IMG/VR virus record: IMGVR_UViG_3300003316_000244
Location: 1 to 64,000 of that record
Direction: 5' to 3' (one strand)
DNA from: a virus
Lineage: Duplodnaviria > Caudoviricetes
Length of the DNA stretch: 64,000 nucleotides
Both the position numbers and the translations under genes were made by a program. Positions 56,763 through 64,000 of the stretch are shown in pieces. Under the pieces are notes generated by a model. It saw only the letters and a list, made by a program, of their open reading frames with translations, was not told the origin of the DNA and ran no database searches. Position 1 is the stretch's first letter. Each line of letters opens with the position of its first letter.

Positions 56763-56776
56763 GTTATCATATAAAA

Positions 56777-56784
56777 GTATTTAT
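56777..56784 (+). promoter_or_regulatory. Putative late promoter GTATTTAT
   Basis: 15 nt before ATG 56800. Confidence 0.55.
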
Positions 56785-56799
56785 CATAAAACATAAAAA

Positions 56800-58218
56800 A
56801 TGTCAGTATATAGATCATATTTTAGTAAATCAAATACTTTAATTAAAAATAATGAAACAAATAATGGAAGAAATCCTGTTACTGAAATTTTTTATGGTAC
56901 ACCAGAAGCAGTTTTTAGTAGATATTTGTTTGCCATAAATCTAAATGATTTAATTAAAAAAATTAATGATGAAAATCTTACTATTAACAATATTAAATCA
57001 CATACTCTTTATATTACCAATACAATTGTAACAAGACCTGATTTAGTTGGTGGAACTATGCAAGATATGGTTACAAGAAGAGCAAGTAGCTTTCAATTGG
57101 AATTATTCACAATCCCCCAAGATTGGGATGAAGGAAATGGTTATGATTTTATATATGATGAAACTTTAACATTTCCTGTTGTTAAATCAGCTAGTAATTG
57201 GAAAGAAAGAAAAACCAATATTCTTTGGGATGTTGAAGGAGCTTATGAAAGTGGTTTAACTGGAACAAGTGGATTTACTGGAAGTACAATAATTGCAATA
57301 CAAGAATTTGATAATGGTAATGAAAATATTAAGATTGATCTAACAGATTTTATTAATGAAGAAATTTTTAGTGGAAATACTGTTTATGGGTTAGGTTTAA
57401 AATTACCAAACGATCTTGAAGAATTAGCATTAGATGATAGAAGAAGTGTTGGATTTTTTACAAGACATACTAATACTTTTTTTGAACCATATCTTGAAAC
57501 AATATTTGATGATATAATTATTGACGATAGAAAATTCTTTTATTTAGATAAAGAAAATGATTTGTTTTTATATTCTAAAAAAGGAAATCATTATGATGAT
57601 GTTATAGTTAATTCTGTAACTATATATGATTATGAAGATAATAAAATAGGAACATTAACAGGAAATTCAATTAATAAAATAAAAACAGGAATATATAAGA
57701 TAACATTAACAATTGATTCTGATTTATATCCTGATGCTGTTTTATTTAGAGATGTATGGAATATTACAACCTCTGCTGGTAAAACTAAAGATATTGAACA
57801 AGAATTTTATTTAATTGATAGTGATGAATATTTTAGTTTTAGTAAAAAAAATAGAATAAATCCTTCAAATTTTACTTTCAATTATGTCGGAATTAAAAAT
57901 AATGAAGTATTTATTCGTGGTGATGTTCGAAATGTTCTTTTAAATGTTAAACAATTATATTCTAGTGATGAACAACCACTAGATTTAGAATATAGAATAT
58001 TTGTTAAACAAGGTGGTCATGTTGATATTAATGTAATTGATTTTACAAAAGTTAATAGAACAATAAATGGCTACGAGTTTGATATTGACACAACATGGTT
58101 AATTCCAAATGAGTATTTTTTAGAATTGAAATTGAATTATAATGGTGTTTTTGAAGTAAAAAATCCAATCAAATTCAGAGTTCAGTCAGAAAGTAGATTT
58201 TTTGGTATAACTGATTGA
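56800..58218 (+). CDS. Probable virion structural protein (472 aa, beta-sandwich-like)
   Basis: Late motif upstream; WDEGNGYD, FF.RHT.TFFEPYLE; T/G-rich. Confidence 0.6.
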   Translation: MSVYRSYFSKSNTLIKNNETNNGRNPVTEIFYGTPEAVFSRYLFAINLNDLIKKINDENLTINNIKSHTLYITNTIVTRPDLVGGTMQDMVTRRASSFQLELFTIPQDWDEGNGYDFIYDETLTFPVVKSASNWKERKTNILWDVEGAYESGLTGTSGFTGSTIIAIQEFDNGNENIKIDLTDFINEEIFSGNTVYGLGLKLPNDLEELALDDRRSVGFFTRHTNTFFEPYLETIFDDIIIDDRKFFYLDKENDLFLYSKKGNHYDDVIVNSVTIYDYEDNKIGTLTGNSINKIKTGIYKITLTIDSDLYPDAVLFRDVWNITTSAGKTKDIEQEFYLIDSDEYFSFSKKNRINPSNFTFNYVGIKNNEVFIRGDVRNVLLNVKQLYSSDEQPLDLEYRIFVKQGGHVDINVIDFTKVNRTINGYEFDIDTTWLIPNEYFLELKLNYNGVFEVKNPIKFRVQSESRFFGITD

Positions 58219-58337
58219 AATTTAATGATTTATGATAATTTTATTTAAAAAATTGATTTTTAATTAAAATTTACTTTATTTTGTGATGTTTTAAAAATGT
58301 AAAATTTATTATTAATGTATATTTAATTTAATGTATT

Positions 58338-59429
58338 ATGGAACAAAATGTAGACCAAAGCTTGTCTGATCTCTTCAATCAGTACAAAAAAAGCCACGAA
58401 ACAACAAGAAGAATGTCTAGAGAAGACATGATGAAACAGTACTTCGTACCAAGAAATGCCTCAGAAGTATTTAGAATCCTCCCAAAACATGACGGACAAG
58501 GTTATTTTGAAGAAGCCTATTTTCATTATCTAAAAGTAGGTAATGCTTGGAGAAAATTATATTGTCCTAAGCACAATGATAAGGAAGATTGTCATCTTTG
58601 TAATTTAGCTGATAAACTTTACAAAATGCAGGATAAAACTGTTTTTGAAAAAGTTAAGGGTAAAAAAGATGATGAATTATCTCCAGAATTGAAAAAAGCC
58701 AAAGATAAGAATTCAAAAATTTACGAAGAATATAAAAAATGGGCAGTTATCAAATTTTATATTTCTAAAGGACTTGATAAAGGTTCTCTTAAAGATGGAG
58801 TTAAATTTTGGAGATTTAAACATAATAAACTTCAAAAAGGTGTTCTTGACAAATTAATTCCAGTCATCAGTCATTTTAATAAAACAACTGGTAAAAACTT
58901 TAGTGATCCACAATTGGGTTGTGATTTTTCATTAACTGTTTCTGAAAACAGAATGGCAAATGGTAAAGCATATAAAGAAGTATCATCCATACTTCCCGAT
59001 GGTCCTAAAATTCTTACTGATGATCAAGTGCTATATAAAGCTGCTTTAGATGATAGAAAAACATGGAGAGATGTTTATAAAAAAAGTAATCCACCATTGA
59101 TAACTTATGATGAATATCTTAAATTAATTACTTTAGGTAAAGCACCATATTTTGATAATAAAGACCCTAATAATAAAAGATGGATTTATCCTGATAATCC
59201 AGAATTAGAAGCTAAAGCAAATACTAAAAATAATTCTCAAAATAATGATGATATTAATGATCAAGATTTTGATGAAGATACTTTATCAAGTGGAAGTGCA
59301 AGCGATTATTTACAATCATCACCTGCACCAGCAGTACCAACATCAGCACCTATTAATGTAAGTACTTCAAAACCTTCTGAAGAAGTTTTTGATCCACTTA
59401 AAAGTGCTATTGATGATCTTCCCTTTTAA
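58338..59429 (+). CDS. Single-stranded DNA-binding protein (T4 gp32-like)
   Basis: FRILP, FHY, CPKH...CHLC Zn ligands, KFWRF, acidic C-tail ending DDLPF. Confidence 0.85.
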   Translation: MEQNVDQSLSDLFNQYKKSHETTRRMSREDMMKQYFVPRNASEVFRILPKHDGQGYFEEAYFHYLKVGNAWRKLYCPKHNDKEDCHLCNLADKLYKMQDKTVFEKVKGKKDDELSPELKKAKDKNSKIYEEYKKWAVIKFYISKGLDKGSLKDGVKFWRFKHNKLQKGVLDKLIPVISHFNKTTGKNFSDPQLGCDFSLTVSENRMANGKAYKEVSSILPDGPKILTDDQVLYKAALDDRKTWRDVYKKSNPPLITYDEYLKLITLGKAPYFDNKDPNNKRWIYPDNPELEAKANTKNNSQNNDDINDQDFDEDTLSSGSASDYLQSSPAPAVPTSAPINVSTSKPSEEVFDPLKSAIDDLPF

Positions 59430-59456
59430 GATCAATTATTTATTTTTTAAATTAAA

Positions 59457-59489
59457 AATGTGTGAAGAATGAATTTTTCTTCACACATT
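59457..59489. repeat. Perfect 13-bp hairpin between gp32 and uvsX
   Basis: AATGTGTGAAGAA-TGAATTT-TTCTTCACACATT; no U-tract directly after. Confidence 0.75.
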
Positions 59490-59517
59490 CATAACTATTA
59501 TTTATTAAAATTTTTAT

Positions 59518-60600
59518 ATGGAAGATTCCGTTAAAAGAAAAACAGAGAAAAAAATTGTCCCAAAGAAAAATTATTCTTTGGCAGATTATAGAAAAGAAAA
59601 AGGACTTGATAAAGTTGCATTTAAAGAACAGAAGTGGTTGACAATGCCAAAGCCTTTTCAAAAAGCTACTGGAGTTCCGGGTATACCAATGGGTGGATTA
59701 AGTTTAATTGCTGGTCATTCAGATACATCTAAAACAACATTAATGATTGAAGCAGCTAAAGCTGCACAAGCATTAGGTGCATTACCAATATTTATTATTA
59801 CTGAAATGAAATTCAGTTTTTCACATTTAAAATTAATGGGTTTTGAATGTGAAGAAATTAAGGATGAAAATGGAAATATAATAGATATAAATGGTAATTT
59901 TCTTTATATTGATAGAAGTAAATTACCACATATTGAAGCTGTTGCAGAGTTTATTAATAAAACTCTAGATGATCAAGAAAAAGGTTTATTACCATATGAT
60001 TTAGTCTTTCTATGGGATTCAATTGGATCGTTACCTTCTCAAATGTCTGTTGAAAAACAGAAGAATAACAATGAATGGGCGGCACTTTCTTATAGTGTGC
60101 AATTCGCTAGTTCTATAAACGGGAGAATTACTGCATCATCTAAATCTGATTCATTATATACTAATACATTAATTGCTATTAATCGTGTTTGGGTTCAAAA
60201 AGCAGAAAATATTATGGCACAACCTCGTATTGAATTTAAAGGTGGTAGAAGTATGTATTTAGATGCTAAATTTATTGTATTTTTTGGTAATGTAAAAAGT
60301 TCTGGAATACAAAAATTAAGAGCGGTTAAAGGCGGAAAAGAATTAACATTTGGTTCTAAAGTTAATGTACAAGTTTTAAAAAACCATGTTAATGGTATTG
60401 ATTACAAAGGAAGTATTGTTGTAACACCACATGGTTACATTGATAATGAAAAAAAAGATATTGAAGAATACAAAAAAAATAATTTAGATTTTTTCTCAAA
60501 AATTATGGGAGAGAATCTAACTGAAGATTCATTTAAAATTGAATTATCTGAAAATGAAGATGAATTTGATTTAAGTTCATTAACTAATGATGATGAATAA
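59518..60600 (+). CDS. uvsX: RecA/UvsX-like recombinase
   Basis: GIPMGG...IAGHSDTSKTT (Walker A), LVFLWDSIGS (Walker B), GG..M. Confidence 0.85.
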   Translation: MEDSVKRKTEKKIVPKKNYSLADYRKEKGLDKVAFKEQKWLTMPKPFQKATGVPGIPMGGLSLIAGHSDTSKTTLMIEAAKAAQALGALPIFIITEMKFSFSHLKLMGFECEEIKDENGNIIDINGNFLYIDRSKLPHIEAVAEFINKTLDDQEKGLLPYDLVFLWDSIGSLPSQMSVEKQKNNNEWAALSYSVQFASSINGRITASSKSDSLYTNTLIAINRVWVQKAENIMAQPRIEFKGGRSMYLDAKFIVFFGNVKSSGIQKLRAVKGGKELTFGSKVNVQVLKNHVNGIDYKGSIVVTPHGYIDNEKKDIEEYKKNNLDFFSKIMGENLTEDSFKIELSENEDEFDLSSLTNDDE

Positions 60601-60644
60601 AATTTTTCAATTGAAGTTGGATCGAATTCAGAATATGATTTATA

Positions 60645-61559
60645 ATGAAAAAGAAAAACATTGAATGGTTATATTCTTTAGCAAGAAAGAAAGAAGGTAG
60701 TTGTCTTTCTACAGAATATTTTAATTCAAGTAAAAAATATAAATGGAAATGTAAAAATAATCATATTTGGGAAGCTGTTGCATCTGATATTAATGATGGT
60801 CATTGGTGTCCTTTCTGTTCTAAATTGGACAGAAAGGATATTTTTTATTTACATAAATTAGCAAAAAATAATGATGGAGAATGTTTAAGTGAAAATTATG
60901 TAAATATAAGAACATATTATAAATGGAAATGTAAAAATAATCATATTTGGGAAGCTACAGCAAATAATGTACAAAGTGGTTATTGGTGTAAAATTTGTTC
61001 TGGATTTTCTAAAAAAGATATTGATTGGTTAAAATCTTTGGTTTCAATAAAAAACGGAAAACTATTAAGTAATGATTATATTAATATTCATACAAAATAT
61101 TGCTTTGAGTGTTCAAAAGGTCATATTTGGAGTACTACAGCACATACAATTGCAAAAGGTAATTGGTGTCCTTTCTGTAAAAAATCAAAATCTGAAAATG
61201 TTATTGAAAATTTTTTGATTAAAAAAAATATAAATTATATAAGAGAATTTAAATTTAAAGATTGTTATCATATTAAATCTTTAAGATTTGATTTTTATTT
61301 GGTTGATTATAATATTATTATAGAATATGATGGTGAACAACATTTTAAAAAAACAACAGGCTCATGGTCTTCTTCATTTGAAGAAACTAAAATTCGTGAT
61401 TTAATCAAAGATAAATATTGTGAGGATAACAATATTAAGTTAATTAGAATACCATATACTAGATTCAATCAAATTGAAGAAATATTAAGTATTGAACATT
61501 CAAATGGCTTTAATAGAACTTTAAATTATTCTAAAGAATTGAGAAAAGAAAATGCATAA
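60645..61559 (+). mobile_element. Putative free-standing homing endonuclease: three Zn-ribbon repeats plus PD-(D/E)xK (DUF559/Vsr-like) nuclease
   Basis: WKCKNNHIWEA...GHWCPFC repeats at 60-aa period; LRFDFYL...IEYDGEQH...D..KD.YC....IKLIRIPY. Confidence 0.75.
60738..60956 (+). repeat. 39-bp exact direct repeat, 180 bp apart
   Basis: TATAAATGGAAATGTAAAAATAATCATATTTGGGAAGCT at 60738-76 and 60918-56. Confidence 0.9.
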
Positions 61560-62643
61560 TATTAAATCATTACTTATAGATGCTTCTTATTTATTCAAGA
61601 AGTCAACATTTAATAATAGTAAATATATTACTAATTCTAATGGTGATTTTTATGGTGCATTATATTCTTTCATGACCTCATTAAGAAAGTTAATAAAAGA
61701 TTATTCACCTAATAAAGTTATTTTATTTTGGGATGGAGAAAATGGTGGTAAGGCTCGTTATTTGATCGACTCTAATTATAAAGCAAATCGAGAACATAAA
61801 TCTTGGTATAATCAAATACATTTGACTCAAAAAGAAATTAATTACTTAAATAAATCTAAAGATAGCGAACTTTGGAATCGTACTCAAATAAAAAGGTATT
61901 GTGAAGAATTATATATTAGACAAATAGAAGTTCCTTTAATAGAAGGTGATGATTTAATTGCCAAATATGTGATGTTACATCAGTCAACAGAAGAAATGGT
62001 TTTATTTAGTAATGATAGAGATTTTTTACAATTATTAGATTATGGAATTACAATTCATGTTGACAATTTAAAATTTCCAATAACCAAGTATAATTCTGAA
62101 ATGTTTTTAAATTATTATTATAAAAATTCATTATTAATGAAAGTTATTTGTGGTGATAGTTCTGATAATATTGATGGTATAAAAGGTGTTGGTGAGGATA
62201 CATTATTTAAATATTTTCCAGAACTAAAGGAACGTGAAGTAATGGTTCGTGATATTTTAAAAAGAGCTAAAGAAATTAATGATGAAAGAATAGCACAAAA
62301 GAAAAAACCAATCAAAGCTCTTGAAAATTTATTAAATGGAATTGAAAGATTAAAAATCAATCATAAATTGATGAATTTATCAGAACCATTTTTAAATGAA
62401 GAATCTTTAACAGAATTAGAATATCTTGATTATCCATTATCTGATAAAAATGAAGATGGAAGTGAACGAGGTAGTAAAGCATTATATAAATTAATGATGG
62501 AAGATGGTTTTTTAAATATGTATTCACAATATGGAAATTTTACTGAATATGTAACACCCTTTTTTATTGTAATTTCCAGAGAAAAAGAAAATTTAAAAAA
62601 ATATCTTTTAGAACAAAACCAAAAAACTGGACAGGTTGAATAA
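61552..62643 (+). CDS. 5'-3' exonuclease / flap endonuclease (T4 RNase H, PolA N-terminal-like)
   Basis: LLIDAS, LFWDG, YKANR, EGDDLIA, SNDRDFLQL, GDSSDNIDGIKGVG. Confidence 0.9.
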   Translation: MHNIKSLLIDASYLFKKSTFNNSKYITNSNGDFYGALYSFMTSLRKLIKDYSPNKVILFWDGENGGKARYLIDSNYKANREHKSWYNQIHLTQKEINYLNKSKDSELWNRTQIKRYCEELYIRQIEVPLIEGDDLIAKYVMLHQSTEEMVLFSNDRDFLQLLDYGITIHVDNLKFPITKYNSEMFLNYYYKNSLLMKVICGDSSDNIDGIKGVGEDTLFKYFPELKEREVMVRDILKRAKEINDERIAQKKKPIKALENLLNGIERLKINHKLMNLSEPFLNEESLTELEYLDYPLSDKNEDGSERGSKALYKLMMEDGFLNMYSQYGNFTEYVTPFFIVISREKENLKKYLLEQNQKTGQVE

Positions 62644-62682
62644 TTTTTTTTATTTTTACATAAATTCTTAATTAAAAATTAA

Positions 62683-63366
62683 ATGAATAATAATTCAGAA
62701 AAGAAACACGAAAATTTATTTAGATTCGGTGTTTATCAAAATGACTCTCTAGTTATTGAGAGATCATTTAGTGCAGACGATTATAATCAAGGAATGCGTT
62801 ATTATGTTGATATAAGAGATAAAGTATCAGGCATAATCTCTAAGTTGTCAAGAACGTTATCGAGGCAAAATTTAACTTATAATATTTTTGATTATGATAA
62901 TTTAAAAGAATATAATAAACGTCTTAAAGGTGCAAAAGATCAAGAAGATAATAAACTTCTTAAACCTGAAGAAATTTATTTTAGAAAAGGAAATAATGGT
63001 GAATTTAAAGGTGCCGAATTTAAATTTGTATTATTTGTAAATGAACATACAATAGTTGAAAGAACATTTGGTGTTGAAAATTATAATCCAGCATCTAGAT
63101 TTTCTAGAGAATTAACTGATGTAGTAAAATACATTGTTGAAGATATTATTGATTATTTAAAAAAATCTGATAGAAATCATATGTGGGATGATAAGTCTAT
63201 TATTAGTATATATAATCTAAACATTTCTCAAATAAGAGATTTGAGTCGAGAAAATAGAAATCTTCTACTTAAAAACATTGATCAAATTGATTTTGTTAAA
63301 AAAATTAAAAAACAATATCGCACAAATGTTGAAACAGAGATTAATGATGATATGATGAACGATTAA
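62683..63366 (+). CDS. Hypothetical protein with internally duplicated motif
   Basis: Two copies of F....N...I.ER.F....YN...R. Confidence 0.6.
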   Translation: MNNNSEKKHENLFRFGVYQNDSLVIERSFSADDYNQGMRYYVDIRDKVSGIISKLSRTLSRQNLTYNIFDYDNLKEYNKRLKGAKDQEDNKLLKPEEIYFRKGNNGEFKGAEFKFVLFVNEHTIVERTFGVENYNPASRFSRELTDVVKYIVEDIIDYLKKSDRNHMWDDKSIISIYNLNISQIRDLSRENRNLLLKNIDQIDFVKKIKKQYRTNVETEINDDMMND

Positions 63367-63376
63367 TTTAAAAAAA

Positions 63377-63604
63377 ATGGCAAAAATAAAATTTAGTATT
63401 AGGTTCAATACAACTATTGAAGTTTCACAAAAAGATTTAAAAATCCAATTAGAAAATGGAGAAATAATTAATCCCTCTAATATATCGCCATATACTATTC
63501 GTGAATCAATTGAAAATGGTGATTATAAACTTATTTTATCTGATCATATTTCAGATTTTCAAATAGAAAATTTGAAAGTAGATTTTGAAGAAAGTTCTCT
63601 TTAA
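63377..63604 (+). CDS. Small hypothetical protein
   Basis: ORF in the replication operon. Confidence 0.5.
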   Translation: MAKIKFSIRFNTTIEVSQKDLKIQLENGEIINPSNISPYTIRESIENGDYKLILSDHISDFQIENLKVDFEESSL

Positions 63605-63623
63605 CAAATAAAAAAATTAACTA

Positions 63624-64000
63624 ATGAGTGATCTTAAAGATAATTTAGGTTATCTAGGTAATGTTTTTCAACAAAAATTATTATGGCAATTATTAACAAA
63701 TCAAAAATTTGGTGAAAATGTAATACCATATTTAGATTCTAAGTATTTTGATGATGGTTATTTTAAAAGATTAATTATTTTAATTAAAAATTACTTAGAA
63801 AAAAATAGAAAAGTTCCATCAATAAAAAATTCAAGTATTCATGAAGTAATTAATGAAATTAATATTGATGAAACTGAAAGAGAAACATTACTTGCTGTAA
63901 TAAAAAAAATAGAAACATGGGAATCAGATGTTTTAAGAGGAGCAATACCATTTGATGGTAATATTGTTCAAGAAAAAATTTATGAATTCATAAAACAACA
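63624..64000 (+). CDS. Probable replicative helicase (DnaB/gp41-like), N-terminal part, truncated by the window end
   Basis: Hand translation MSDLKDNLGYLGNVFQQKLLWQLL...LDSKYFDD.YFK; replication context; catalytic motifs lie outside the window. Confidence 0.5.
   Translation, partial: MSDLKDNLGYLGNVFQQKLLWQLLTNQKFGENVIPYLDSKYFDDGYFKRLIILIKNYLEKNRKVPSIKNSSIHEVINEINIDETERETLLAVIKKIETWESDVLRGAIPFDGNIVQEKIYEFIKQ

Noticed and set aside
4589-62360. Shadow ORFs in the track (4589+, 12310-, 15265-, 20052-, 22995-, 23489+, 24557+, 31948+, 32735+, 37405-, 38455-, 40374-, 41414-, 42848-, 44356-, 48972-, 50367+, 50478-, 56091-, 59452-, 62118-)
   Set aside because: They lie wholly or mostly inside well-supported genes on the other strand or frame and show no motifs.
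1-64000. Stop-codon reassignment (code 15 or code 4)
   Set aside because: Core genes are full length in the standard code, and TAG/TGA act as real stops, often in ATGA overlaps.
1-64000. tRNA, tmRNA or rRNA genes
   Set aside because: No T-loop GTTCRA plus acceptor-stem pattern or rRNA-like segment was found by eye; tRNAscan-SE/ARAGORN should confirm.

Overview
A 64 kb slice of a very AT-rich, large T4-superfamily-type myophage (jumbo-phage-like) genome in the standard genetic code. Its host is most likely a Bacteroidota: several TTTG-N19/20-TAnnTTTG promoters and a Bacteroidota-type lipoprotein are present. Modules, left to right: (1) a Hen1/Pnkp RNA-repair operon whose pnkp gene is split inside the phosphatase domain by a small membrane-protein gene; (2) virion genes; (3) an NrtR + NadM-Nudix + NadV NAD+ salvage operon (NARP2-type) with a perfect GT-N7-AC palindrome over its promoter, continuing into two HAD proteins, a J-domain/pseudokinase, a vWA protein and a divergent PurA-like enzyme; (4) tail tube and sheath separated by a Hef-like endonuclease; (5) an array of tiny early genes; (6) ClpP, a ~560 bp hairpin-rich non-coding region with tandem early and late promoters (candidate ncRNA), a Cas4-like nuclease and baseplate genes; (7) PhoH, glycosyltransferases and a gp55-like sigma factor; (8) tail chaperones with a probable -1 frameshift, tape measure and baseplate; (9) a glycosyltransferase/methyltransferase/WecB cluster; (10) gp32, UvsX/RecA, a Zn-ribbon endonuclease, a 5'-3' exonuclease and a truncated probable helicase. 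A GTATTTAT motif marks putative late promoters. All family assignments come from motif recognition by eye; no database searches or folding programs were run.
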